From a virus (taxonomy: Duplodnaviria; Caudoviricetes), in IMG/VR virus record IMGVR_UViG_3300049165_000104, positions 1 to 35,541 of that record: 35,541 bases of DNA, one strand, 5' to 3'. The translations under genes and the position numbers were made by a program. Under the pieces are notes generated by a model. That model saw only the letters and a list, made by a program, of their open reading frames with translations, did not search any database and was not told the origin of the DNA. Below, in pieces: positions 9,502 through 19,258 of the stretch. Every line of letters starts with the position of its first letter. Position 1 is the first letter of the stretch.

Positions 9502-9893
9502 TGGCCGTCATCGTCGACATCGAGGGCGAGCTGATTCCTCGGGCACAGGCCCGCTGGCCGGACGCTGTCGCCCGCGACGAGCTCGACAACAACCTGGAGA
9601 ACGAGCTGCCGACGATCCAAATTCGGCAGGTTCCCGGCGGCGGCATCGAGGCGGGCCGCCTGGCTCGGATGCTTGTTGATATCGACGTGTACGCCGCTAC
9701 TCGCGCGCAGGCATACGCCCTGGCCGGAGAGACGGTGGGCTGGGTGGAGCGGGAGCTCCGCGGTTCGACTACCAGCACGCTGGTCATCGGCAAGGCGGGC
9801 GCCGTCTCACTCCCCGCCGAACGCCCCTACGAGAACACCGCCCTGCGCCGCGTGGGCGGCACCTACGAAATCTTCTGCCACCCGGTTTCCTGA
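9501..9893 (+). CDS. Tail terminator
   Basis: Synteny; LPTIQIRQVPGG, VDIDVYA motifs. Confidence 0.75.
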   Translation: MAVIVDIEGELIPRAQARWPDAVARDELDNNLENELPTIQIRQVPGGGIEAGRLARMLVDIDVYAATRAQAYALAGETVGWVERELRGSTTSTLVIGKAGAVSLPAERPYENTALRRVGGTYEIFCHPVS

Positions 9894-9965
9894 CCGGTTT
9901 TTGGGCCCGCGCCGGACCCGTTCAATTCCCGCCCGTGCGCGGGCTCTTCCATGTCTGGAGACATC

Positions 9966-10553
9966 ATGGTCAACATCACCCGCGCCGCGGACCTCCTGGA
10001 GGTCGGAGCAAATGGCGGGGGATGGGTCGCGCCGCTGGGCTCGACTTCCCCCGGCGATCCGGAGGTGCAGCCGCTGTCGCCGTGGCTGCCGCTGGGCGCC
10101 ATCAGCGACGACGGTCTGGTGCAGGGCTTCGACGAGGACTCCCAGAGCTTCACGCCGTGGGGCTACACGTCGCCGATCCGCACCACCATCACCTCGTCGC
10201 TACGCACGTTCGGGCTGACGGTGTGGGAAGTCGGCCGGACCACGGTGCAGTCGCTGCAGTACCGGGTCCCGGTCGCCGACCTGGCACCGACCAGCGGCCT
10301 AACGTCGTTCGCGGAGACCGCGTCCCCGGTGCCGGACCGCAGGGCGTTCTGGTTCGTCGTCCTGGACGGCGACTCCTTCCAGCGCGGCTTCTACGTGCCC
10401 GAGGGCGAGATCACGGAGCGCTCGGACGTCACCCACAAGCAAGACGAGATCGCCGGCTTCGAGTGGACGATCACCGCCTACCCCGATGAGGCCGGCAACA
10501 CGGTCTACCACTTCGACCGCGTCCCGGAGACCGAGGCCTACACCGGGTCCTGA
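9966..10553 (+). CDS. Major tail (tube) protein
   Basis: LGAISDDGL, FTPWG, EITERSDV, WTITAYP motifs; ends AYTGS. Confidence 0.88.
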   Translation: MVNITRAADLLEVGANGGGWVAPLGSTSPGDPEVQPLSPWLPLGAISDDGLVQGFDEDSQSFTPWGYTSPIRTTITSSLRTFGLTVWEVGRTTVQSLQYRVPVADLAPTSGLTSFAETASPVPDRRAFWFVVLDGDSFQRGFYVPEGEITERSDVTHKQDEIAGFEWTITAYPDEAGNTVYHFDRVPETEAYTGS

Positions 10554-10658
10554 GCTGGTGGGCGGGCCGTCGGCGGCTTCTGGCTGCCTCCGTTGGCGCG
10601 GGCCCGGCCCGTCCACCTTTGACTTTTGCCCGCGCCTGGATAGTGAGGAGCCCGCGCC

Positions 10659-11072
10659 ATGGCGAGCACAGGCAGTACCAGCAGGAAGCGCACTGCGCCG
10701 CGAGCAGCATCCCGCCCCGCCACGCGGCGGGCGGTCGAGCCGGACGTCGACGACGTCGAGGTTTCGGCTGCGGAGGCACAGGAGGCCGAGGCGGACAGCC
10801 CGTATGTGACCGCAACACTGGACGGCGAGGAGCTACAGGTCATTCCGCCTGGTTCGTGGCGGCAGTCGTGGCAGCGGCTGCTGAACGCGGGGCAGGTGGA
10901 TGCGTTCGCCGAGCAGGTCATCCACCCCGACGACCTCGAGCTGTTCTTCGAGATCGATCCCACGAACGCCGAGCTTGGCGTGTTCATCGAGGAGGCCTCC
11001 CGGCAGGCTGGTGAGAGCCTGGGGAAATCGCGTGGACCCGGTCGGTCGTCGAGGCGCACCCGGAGGCGGTAG
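10659..11072 (+). CDS. Tail assembly chaperone (gpG-like)
   Basis: Between tail tube and tape measure; slippery site near its 3' end. Confidence 0.82.
   Translation: MASTGSTSRKRTAPRAASRPATRRAVEPDVDDVEVSAAEAQEAEADSPYVTATLDGEELQVIPPGSWRQSWQRLLNAGQVDAFAEQVIHPDDLELFFEIDPTNAELGVFIEEASRQAGESLGKSRGPGRSSRRTRRR
11021..11027 (+). other. -1 programmed ribosomal frameshift site GGGGAAA
   Basis: CTG GGG AAA; the -1 frame is open from 11021 (GEIAWTRSVVEAHPEAVEADLLRYY...) to 11482. Confidence 0.8.
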
Positions 11073-11482
11073 AGGCCGACCTGCTCCGCTACTACCAGGG
11101 CGTTGACCTGCTGGACGTGCATCGCGGGTCGATGTCGTGGCGGCGTCTGCGGGTGTTGATCCAGCAGTTGCCGCCGGAGTCGGCGACGTGGACGGCTCTG
11201 CGGAACGAGATGCCTGCGGCTGAGCTGGCGGAGCAGGCGGAGAAGGGCGAGCCGGAGAAGGGCCGCTGGTCGCAGCTCGAGCAGTTGATCGCCGCCAACG
11301 TGGACGCGACCCGGCGGGTGGAGTGGGTGCTGCTCTGCTCGAACATCGAGCAGAAGAGTAAGCGCCCGGACGCCCCTGAGCCGATGCGCCGGCCCGGGGC
11401 GGGGCCGCGGAAGAAGCAGGCGCAGCTCACCGAGAAGAGCGCCAACACCCTGTTTGAGCTGCTGCAAGGGGGCGCCGCGTAG
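11021..11482 (+). CDS. Tail assembly chaperone frameshift extension (gpT part of gpGT)
   Basis: EAVEADLLRYYQGVDL...SWRRLRVLIQQLP typical of actinophage gpT; -1 frame relative to 10659. Confidence 0.8.
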   Translation, partial: GEIAWTRSVVEAHPEAVEADLLRYYQGVDLLDVHRGSMSWRRLRVLIQQLPPESATWTALRNEMPAAELAEQAEKGEPEKGRWSQLEQLIAANVDATRRVEWVLLCSNIEQKSKRPDAPEPMRRPGAGPRKKQAQLTEKSANTLFELLQGGAA

Positions 11483-11503
11483 GGCGCCGGGAGGAGGCTC
11501 CCG

Positions 11504-14500
11504 GTGCCCGCTATCTCTGTCGGCTCGGTCGAGGTCGACGTTCTGCCGAACGCATCCGGTATTCGCCGCCGTCTGCAGCAGCAGGTGGTTCCTGCCGCGG
11601 ATGAGGTCGGCGAGGAGCTTGGCCGGATCATCGGCCGGCATGTGTCGACGCAGATCGCGTCGGCGGTCCGCAATGGCATCACTACCGGGGGACGGACGGC
11701 GACGCCGCAGGCGACCCGGTCCGGCTCGGATACGGGCGGGGCGTTCGGGCGAGCGTTCCGGACCCGGGTCGAGGCGGCGTTGCGGGATCTCCCGGACGTT
11801 GAGATCGACGCGGACAGCACCGAGGCGCAGCGGGAGATCGCACGGATTCGCACTCAGCTGCTGGCGATGCGCGACATGCAGATCGGTGTCGACATCGACA
11901 CTGCGGAGGCCACTGCCCGGGTCGCCCGCTTGCAGGAGCGTTTGCAGCGCCTGTCGGCATCGGACGCGGACGTGCAGGTGCGCACCGATGTGGCTGCCGC
12001 GTCGGCGCAACTCGCCCAATTTCAGGCGCTGGTCAACCGAATCGACGGGCAGGACGTCGACGTCGACGTCGATACCCGCTCGGCCGCCGCGAATCTGAAT
12101 CTGCTGTCGACGGCGGCGATCGGGTTGGGTCCGGCTCTGCTGCCGGTTCTGCCGGTGATTGCGGCTGGGCTGGGGTCGATTGCTGCTGCGGGCGCGGCGG
12201 CGGCTGTCGGCGTGGGCGCGGTTGCTCTTGTGGCGGCCCCTGCGTTTGTCGGTATCGCGGGTGCTCTGCAGGCGCAGAAGGCTGCGCAGGATGCGGCTAC
12301 GAACGCCACCTATCAGGGTGCGCAGGCGTCGGGACAGGGTGCATCGAAGGCGTTGCAACAGGCGTCGGCCGCACAGTCGCTGGCGACGGCGGAGCGCAAC
12401 GGGGCCCGGCAGATCGCGCAGGCCCAGCAGGCGGTCAAGCAGGCGAAGCAGTCTGCGGCCGACGCGGCGACGCAGGCCGCGGTGCGCAACGCTGAGGCCG
12501 CCCGTCGGGTGCAGGACGCTGAGCGGTCCCTCGCGGACGCTCAGCGCGACGCGAAGCGTGCCCAGGAAGACCTCACAGACGCTCGCAAGCAGGCCGAGCA
12601 GGAGCTGCTCGACCTCAACAACCAACTCACGAACGCCCAGCTCAGCCAGCGTGACGCGGAGATCGCCCTGAAGGAGGCCGCGGCCGAGCGGGACAAGGTC
12701 TTGCGGGCGGCGAACTCAACCGAGTTGGACAAGCAGAAGGCGCTCCTCGCCTACGACCAGGCGGTGCAGCGGCTCAAGGAGCAGACCGCCGAAACCAAGA
12801 ACCTAAAGTCGGAGACGGCCGCCGCGAACAAGGCTGGCGTCGAAGGCTCGGACACGTACAAGTCGGCTCAGGAGCGGGTGGCTGACGCGCAGCGCAATGT
12901 CGCCGACCAGGCACGGGGCGTGCGGGATGCGCAGGCTGAGGCGGCCCGCACGCAGGTGGAGACGGCCCGCCAGGTTGCGGACGCCCAGCAGCGTGTGGGC
13001 GAGGCGACCGCGAACGTGGCGGTCGCACAGCAGAACGCGGCGGACGCCGTGGCCAGCGCGCAGCGGCAGATCGAGTCAGCGTCGATTTCGGCGGCCGGCG
13101 GCGTGGATCAGGCGGCGATCGCGCAGGCCAAGTACGAGGCCGAGCTGGCGAAGCTGACGCCCAGCGCGCGGGACACGTTCGACGCGTTCATGAACCTACG
13201 CACAGCGTTTTCGGCGTGGTCAAAGGCTTTGCAGCCCGCGGTGATGCCGATCTTCACCAGGGCACTGGAGGGCATGAAGAACTCCCTGCCGGGGTTGACG
13301 CCGATCGTGCTGGCTGCAGCTTCCGCGATCCAGGGGTTGCAGGATCGGGCTTCTGCGGGCTTCAAGTCGCCGTGGTGGAAGGAGTTCAAGGCCGACCTGG
13401 ATGGCTCTGTCGGGCCTGCCATCACGGGGCTCGGTATCTCGTTCGGGCGGGTCTTCAAGGGGATGGCTGGCGTCATTCAGGCCTTCTTTCCGCACATGGA
13501 TTCCATCTCGGAGCGCATGCAGACCATCACGGGCCGGTTCGCGAATTGGGGCACCGGGCTGAAGGGGTCGCCGGAGTTTGAGCGCTTCCTGTCGTACAGC
13601 TCGGAGATGGCCCCGAAGTTGGGTGACGCCTTCGGGAAGATCGCCACGGCGTTCATGAACGTCGGGCAGGCGCTGTCGCCGCTGTCGGGTCCGCTGTTGA
13701 TGCTGCTGGGCGGGGTGGCGGAGGCGATCGGCATCATCGCTGACAAGGCGCCGTGGTTCATTCTGCTGATCTACGGGATCGTTGTGGCGACGAAGCTGTG
13801 GACGATCGCCGTGTGGGCGTTCAACGCGGCTATGACGGCGAATCCGCTGGTCCTGATCGGGCTGGCGATCCTTGCTGTGGTCGCGCTGGTCATCTACGCC
13901 TACAACAAGTTCGACTGGTTCCGGAATCTGGTGCAGACCGTCTGGTCGGCGATCCAGACGGCCGTGATGTGGGCGTGGACCAACGTCTTGAAGCCCACCT
14001 TTGACGCCATTTGGGCTGCCCTGCAGACGGTCGGCCGGTGGGCGATGTGGCTGTGGACGAACGCAATCAAGCCGAGCTTCGATCTCATCGCGACGGCGGC
14101 GAAGATCCTGCTGACGGCGATCGTAGTCCTCGTTCTGCTGCCCATCATCGCCACGATCAAAATCGTGGGCGCGATCGCAATGTGGCTGTGGACCCACGCG
14201 ATCAAACCAGCGTTCGACTTGATCGCAGCGCACGCCATGTGGCTGTGGAACAGCGTCTTCTCCCCGGCGTTCACCTGGATCGGCGACAAGGCCAAATGGC
14301 TGTGGGCGAACGCCATCAAGCCTGCATGGGACAGCATCAAGGCCGCAGGGAAGGCCCTGTGGGAGGCGCACCTCCGGCCCGTGTTCAAGAACATCTGGGG
14401 CGGTCTGCAGACGATCGGCAAGTGGGCTGCCTGGCTGTACAGGGAGGGCATCAAGCCGAGCTTCGACTCGATCGTCGCGATCGGCAGGACGGCGTGGGAG

Positions 14501-15919
14501 CGCGGCATCAAGCCGGTCTTCGACGGCTGGAAGAACATCATCAAGGGTCTCGGCGGCCTGTTCAAGGACGCCGTCGCGGCGATCAAGACGCAGTGGGACA
14601 GGCTGAAGAGCGTCGCTAAGGCGCCCGTCAAGTTCGTCGTCGACAGCGTCTACAACGGCGGCATCGTCGGCGTCTGGAACAAGGTCGCGAGCGCCTTCGG
14701 TGCACCCAAGCTGTCGAAGTTCAAGTTCGCGGACGGCGGCGTCATGCCTGGCTACACGCCGGGCCGTGACGTGCACAAGTTCCTGTCCCCGACGGGCGGA
14801 CAACTCGAGCTCAGCGGTGGCGAGGCCATCATGCGGCCCGAGTTCACCCGCGCGGTGGGCTCGGGGTTCGTCGGGGCGATGAACTCGATCGCCAAGTCGC
14901 GTGGCGCACAGGGCGTCAAGGCTGCTCTGGCGCCGGTGTTCGGCGGCAACCCGTCCACGCCGACGGACACGTCCCTGCGGTACGCGGGTGGCGGAGTCGT
15001 GCAGTCCTTCGCGGACGGCGGGATCTTCGGCTGGATCAAGGACACCGCGTCGGCTGCTGTCGGTGCGGGCTCGGAGGCCTGGAACAAAATCAAGAAGGGC
15101 GCATCGTGGCTCGGCGACACCCTCGAAGGGTCCGCACGGGCGGGCGTCAAGAACGTCGTCAACCCGCTGCTGGCTGGCTTCCCGGGTATGTCCACGGGCT
15201 TCGGAGCTCTGATCCGCAAGATCCCCGACAAGATCATTGATGCCCTGTTCGGGTACAGCAAGAAAGCCGACGACAAGGGCGCCGGAGGCATCGGCGGACC
15301 GAAGATCCAAAAGGCGCTGAACTGGGCGAAAACCCAAGACGGCCTGCCCTACCAATGGGGCGGCAACGGCAACCCATCCTGGGACTGCTCCGGGTTCATG
15401 TCCGCCATCGAAAGCGTGATCCGAGGCCAGAAGCCACACCGGCGCTGGTCAACGCACGCCTTCAGCGGCAAGACCGCACCACCCGGCTGGGTCTACCACG
15501 GCAACTCGCCATTCAAGGTCGGCATCACCGCGGACGGTGTGGGCCACACGGCCGGCACCCTCGGGAAAACCAAGGTCGAGTCCCGCGGCGGTGACGGTGT
15601 CATCGTCGGATCGGGCGCGCGCGGCTACAACGACCGCCTCTTCAATTCCTGGTACGGCTTCAAGCCGGGGTCCTACGACTCCGGCGGCTACCTGCAGCCG
15701 GGCCTGAACCTCGCCTACAACGGCACCGGCCGGCCCGAACCGGTGTTCACGACGGCCCAGGCCAACGCGCTCACCTCGATGGCGGCCCGGTCGGCGCAGC
15801 AGCAGCTCGGCGACCTGGACATCACGGTGTACGTCGGCAACGAACAGATCACCGACATCGCGCGCACCGAGGTCCGCACCGCACAGGGCGAGCTCATTCA
15901 GGTACTCAACGCTGGCTGA
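11504..15919 (+). CDS. Tape measure protein with C-terminal NlpC/P60-like domain
   Basis: 1471 aa, Ala/Gln coiled coils, Trp-periodic repeats (WLWxxxIKP), hydrophobic segments; PYQWGG...WDCSG...GHT. Confidence 0.95.
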   Translation: MPAISVGSVEVDVLPNASGIRRRLQQQVVPAADEVGEELGRIIGRHVSTQIASAVRNGITTGGRTATPQATRSGSDTGGAFGRAFRTRVEAALRDLPDVEIDADSTEAQREIARIRTQLLAMRDMQIGVDIDTAEATARVARLQERLQRLSASDADVQVRTDVAAASAQLAQFQALVNRIDGQDVDVDVDTRSAAANLNLLSTAAIGLGPALLPVLPVIAAGLGSIAAAGAAAAVGVGAVALVAAPAFVGIAGALQAQKAAQDAATNATYQGAQASGQGASKALQQASAAQSLATAERNGARQIAQAQQAVKQAKQSAADAATQAAVRNAEAARRVQDAERSLADAQRDAKRAQEDLTDARKQAEQELLDLNNQLTNAQLSQRDAEIALKEAAAERDKVLRAANSTELDKQKALLAYDQAVQRLKEQTAETKNLKSETAAANKAGVEGSDTYKSAQERVADAQRNVADQARGVRDAQAEAARTQVETARQVADAQQRVGEATANVAVAQQNAADAVASAQRQIESASISAAGGVDQAAIAQAKYEAELAKLTPSARDTFDAFMNLRTAFSAWSKALQPAVMPIFTRALEGMKNSLPGLTPIVLAAASAIQGLQDRASAGFKSPWWKEFKADLDGSVGPAITGLGISFGRVFKGMAGVIQAFFPHMDSISERMQTITGRFANWGTGLKGSPEFERFLSYSSEMAPKLGDAFGKIATAFMNVGQALSPLSGPLLMLLGGVAEAIGIIADKAPWFILLIYGIVVATKLWTIAVWAFNAAMTANPLVLIGLAILAVVALVIYAYNKFDWFRNLVQTVWSAIQTAVMWAWTNVLKPTFDAIWAALQTVGRWAMWLWTNAIKPSFDLIATAAKILLTAIVVLVLLPIIATIKIVGAIAMWLWTHAIKPAFDLIAAHAMWLWNSVFSPAFTWIGDKAKWLWANAIKPAWDSIKAAGKALWEAHLRPVFKNIWGGLQTIGKWAAWLYREGIKPSFDSIVAIGRTAWERGIKPVFDGWKNIIKGLGGLFKDAVAAIKTQWDRLKSVAKAPVKFVVDSVYNGGIVGVWNKVASAFGAPKLSKFKFADGGVMPGYTPGRDVHKFLSPTGGQLELSGGEAIMRPEFTRAVGSGFVGAMNSIAKSRGAQGVKAALAPVFGGNPSTPTDTSLRYAGGGVVQSFADGGIFGWIKDTASAAVGAGSEAWNKIKKGASWLGDTLEGSARAGVKNVVNPLLAGFPGMSTGFGALIRKIPDKIIDALFGYSKKADDKGAGGIGGPKIQKALNWAKTQDGLPYQWGGNGNPSWDCSGFMSAIESVIRGQKPHRRWSTHAFSGKTAPPGWVYHGNSPFKVGITADGVGHTAGTLGKTKVESRGGDGVIVGSGARGYNDRLFNSWYGFKPGSYDSGGYLQPGLNLAYNGTGRPEPVFTTAQANALTSMAARSAQQQLGDLDITVYVGNEQITDIARTEVRTAQGELIQVLNAG

Positions 15920-15928
15920 GGAGGAATC

Positions 15929-18160
15929 TTGGCAATCCCCGGAAACCTCCTCAGCCAGACCACCGAGTCGGTCGACCCGAACACGTCGGGCTGGACGTCC
16001 AAGCTGAACTGCACGCTCAGCAAGGGCACCGGTGGCCGGAACGGGGACGGCTGCCTCGTCGTCAAGTCCGTGGCGGCGGGCGAGATGCAGGCCCGCACCG
16101 TGTCCTCCTACCCAGTCACCCCGGGCACCGTGTACTACGCGTTCTCCGACACCGCCGGGGTGTCGTCGGAGCGCATCGGGATCCGCTGGCTCAACCGGTC
16201 CGGCACCGAGGTCGGCATCACCTGGTCCATTCTGACGACCGGTTCGTCATCGGGATGGCACCGGGTCAGCGTGGCTGGTGCGGCACCGTGGGGTGCGACG
16301 AATGCGCAGGTGCTGCTCGGCAGCACGGAGGCGGGCGCGCTCGTCAACCACTACTGGGAGAACGTCTACCTCGGCCTGCCGATCCGTACCGTCGGCAACC
16401 TGCTGCCCTTCAATGTCGAATCGTCCGAGATAGACGCCACAGGCTGGGGTGCGGTCGTCAACGCCACGATCTCCCGACAGGCGCCGGTCGTCTCGTGGGC
16501 CGTTGACAACTACACCGCGGGCGGGCAGACGCTGGCGATGACCGCGGTCGCCGCAGGCAATGCGTCGATCCTCGCCGTGGACCGGCCAACGGTCACAGCC
16601 GGGCAGGAATACCTGGCCTACGCCTACATGCAGCCGCCCACGGTCGCCTCCGTCGCCTGGATCGAGCTCAGGTTCTACGACACTAACGGCAACCAGATCC
16701 AGGCCACCCGCAGCACGCTGGCGCCGCCGACCCCGGCGGCCGGCATGTACCGGCAGCGGGTATCCGACTTCGCCCCGGCGAACGCGGCGACCTGCTCGCT
16801 GGCTGCCGGCCTGGACTCGGCGTCGGCAGGGCAGATTCTGCGCCTGGAGACCGTCGTCATCATGGCGGCGCCGAAGCTCCAGGCCGGCTCGCTGCTGCCG
16901 TATGCCGCCTCGAGCTTCGAGCAGGGCGTCGCCGGGTGGGTGACCGCGTCGGGTGTGGCCACGCTGGCCCGCACCACACCATGGGGGCTGTCCGCGTTCG
17001 ACGGCGCCTACTCGCTGGCCGTCACCTCGGCGACCGCCACCGCATCAACGATCCGCTCGGCGAAAGTCTCCGGCATCGTCGAGGGCGAGAACTTTCGGGC
17101 CCAGCCGATCGTGCACCCTGCGGCCGGCACTTGGTCGTCGGCGCTGGTGCGGGTCCGCTGGTATTCCGCCGCCGACGTGGACTTGGGGGCGTCCACGGGC
17201 ACCACGTATGTGATCCCAGGCAGCTCCTGGTATGCGCTGCCGTCGGATGCTGTCGCACCTGCGGGGGCGACGCAGGCCGCGGTCGAACTGGTGGCGACGG
17301 CGTCGGCCACAAGCAGCGTCCTGCATGTGGATGCGGTGACGTTGTGGGAGGTTTTGCCGCTCACCGAGGTGGAGGCAGTCTCCGCCGACGGCTACGTGAA
17401 GCTGACGCTGCGGGAGCTGGACCTCGACGACGAGATCAGCGTGTACCGGGAGTCGGAGGACGGCACCCGCACTCTGGTCCGCGGCAGCCTCGGACTGATT
17501 GACCGCCAGGCTGTCACCTCGGATCTGATGGTCATCGAGGATCATGAGGCGCCACTCAATGTGCCGGTCAGGTACTACGTCGAAATGTTCCCGCCGGGTT
17601 CGCTGACGGCAGACACCCGCCACACCGGCTACGTCACCGTCGTTCTCGCCGACATCAACCGGATCTGGTTGAAAGATCCAGGTAACCCTCAGCGGAACTT
17701 GACCGTCATGGTCGCTACGGCCCCGGACTGGTCTCGGCCGATCGAGCAGGCCTCATTCGTGGTGCGGAACCGCCGCAACAAGGTCATCCACGGCGGGAAA
17801 CGTCAGGGCCTCGAAGGCGACCTAGTGATCCGGACGGTCTCGGATGCAGAGCGGCGGTCGCTGCATCTGCTGCTTGACTCCGGCAACACGCTGCTCTGGC
17901 AGGCCGTGCCGGGCATGGGCGTCGACGACATGTACGTCAGCGTCGGGCAGATACCTGAAGCCCGCGTGGCGAAGCTGGCCCAAGACCAGGAGCGGGCCTG
18001 GACGCTGCCGCTCATCGAGCAGGACATGCCGGTCACGACGGGCGTGAACGGCTCCGGCGGCAGAACGTGGCAGGACGTCGTCACCGAGTTCGCCACCTGC
18101 GCTGACCTGCTGCCCGTGTACGCCACCAGCGAGGATCTACTGCTCGACCGCCGGGGGTGA
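15929..18160 (+). CDS. Minor tail / distal tail protein with three carbohydrate-binding-like modules
   Basis: Three repeats beginning GNLL/GSLL...S.E/D...GW; C-terminal WLKDPGNP Dit-like region; directly after tape measure. Confidence 0.7.
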   Translation: MAIPGNLLSQTTESVDPNTSGWTSKLNCTLSKGTGGRNGDGCLVVKSVAAGEMQARTVSSYPVTPGTVYYAFSDTAGVSSERIGIRWLNRSGTEVGITWSILTTGSSSGWHRVSVAGAAPWGATNAQVLLGSTEAGALVNHYWENVYLGLPIRTVGNLLPFNVESSEIDATGWGAVVNATISRQAPVVSWAVDNYTAGGQTLAMTAVAAGNASILAVDRPTVTAGQEYLAYAYMQPPTVASVAWIELRFYDTNGNQIQATRSTLAPPTPAAGMYRQRVSDFAPANAATCSLAAGLDSASAGQILRLETVVIMAAPKLQAGSLLPYAASSFEQGVAGWVTASGVATLARTTPWGLSAFDGAYSLAVTSATATASTIRSAKVSGIVEGENFRAQPIVHPAAGTWSSALVRVRWYSAADVDLGASTGTTYVIPGSSWYALPSDAVAPAGATQAAVELVATASATSSVLHVDAVTLWEVLPLTEVEAVSADGYVKLTLRELDLDDEISVYRESEDGTRTLVRGSLGLIDRQAVTSDLMVIEDHEAPLNVPVRYYVEMFPPGSLTADTRHTGYVTVVLADINRIWLKDPGNPQRNLTVMVATAPDWSRPIEQASFVVRNRRNKVIHGGKRQGLEGDLVIRTVSDAERRSLHLLLDSGNTLLWQAVPGMGVDDMYVSVGQIPEARVAKLAQDQERAWTLPLIEQDMPVTTGVNGSGGRTWQDVVTEFATCADLLPVYATSEDLLLDRRG

Positions 18161-18163
18161 TGC

Positions 18164-19258
18164 GTGTATCCCGTCTCCGACCGGTTCCTGGCCCGCCTCG
18201 CCGAGTCACACAACCCGGTCACACTGGTGCAACTGTTCCTGACGGACGGCCGAGTCGTCGAGATTCCGCACACGGGCGGCAGCGTGACCGCGGACCGCGG
18301 GCAGGCCACCCGCCGCACCTGTACCGTCACCTGCCCCGACCCGTCGCTGATCCCACGCGTCCCGGCAGATGAGCTCGCCGCCTACGGGGCCCGGCTGCGC
18401 ATCAGCCGCGGCGTCGAATACGGCAACCCCAACGATGTCGAGCTGGTCCCGCTCGGGGTATTCCGCCTCGACAGCGCCGACGGCGACGTCTCCGAAGGCC
18501 CCGTCACCCTGCAGGGCAAAGACCTGTCCGCGATCATCGCCGACGACAAGTTCACCGCCCCCTACCGGGTCACCGGCACTGTCGTCTCCGGCATCTCCGA
18601 GCTGATCCTCCGCAGCATCCCGGACGCCGAAATCGTCTCCCAGATCACCGACATCCCCATCGGCTCCCGCACCTTCGATGTTGAGGGCGATCCGTGGGCG
18701 GGCGTGCAGGAGATCGCTGCCGCGGCCGGCGCCGAATGCTATCCGGACGCCGACGGGGTGTTCCGCATCGCTGTTCTGCCAGATCTGCTGACGACGACCC
18801 CGGTGTGGGCGATCGAGGCGGTCGAGGGCGGCGTCTACATCAAAGCCAGCCGCGGCATGTCGTCCGACGGCGTCAAGAACGGCTGGCTCGCCCGCGGCGA
18901 AAACACGTCCGACAACGTCGCACCAGTCTCCTACCTGGCCACCGACAACGACCCGAACTCGCCGACGTACTGGGGCGGCAAGTTCGGGCGGCGGCCCGGC
19001 TTCCACAGCTCATCCACGCTGATCACAACGGCCGCATGCCAGAACGCCGCCACGCTGAAACTCGCGCAAGCCAAAGCACCCAACGCCACCGGGGACATCA
19101 GCTCCCTGCCGAACCCGGCACTCGAACCAGGCGATGTTCTGCGCGTCACGCACGAGGACGGCAGCCGCGAACTCCACCAGGTCGCCGCATTCACCGTGCC
19201 ACTCGACCTCGGCGGCGACTTCCCGATCTCGACGATCTCGGCGAAGGAGGACGCGTGA
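18164..19258 (+). CDS. Minor tail / baseplate hub protein (DUF5047-like)
   Basis: MYPVSDRF, GGSVTADR, VPLGVFRL, NPALEPGDV motifs. Confidence 0.75.
   Translation: MYPVSDRFLARLAESHNPVTLVQLFLTDGRVVEIPHTGGSVTADRGQATRRTCTVTCPDPSLIPRVPADELAAYGARLRISRGVEYGNPNDVELVPLGVFRLDSADGDVSEGPVTLQGKDLSAIIADDKFTAPYRVTGTVVSGISELILRSIPDAEIVSQITDIPIGSRTFDVEGDPWAGVQEIAAAAGAECYPDADGVFRIAVLPDLLTTTPVWAIEAVEGGVYIKASRGMSSDGVKNGWLARGENTSDNVAPVSYLATDNDPNSPTYWGGKFGRRPGFHSSSTLITTAACQNAATLKLAQAKAPNATGDISSLPNPALEPGDVLRVTHEDGSRELHQVAAFTVPLDLGGDFPISTISAKEDA

Noticed and set aside
10538-15439. Long antisense ORFs (695 aa, 739 aa) opposite the tape measure, and similar ones opposite other structural genes
   Set aside because: Shadow ORFs expected in high-GC DNA; Arg/Pro-rich, no motifs, fully overlapping well-supported genes.
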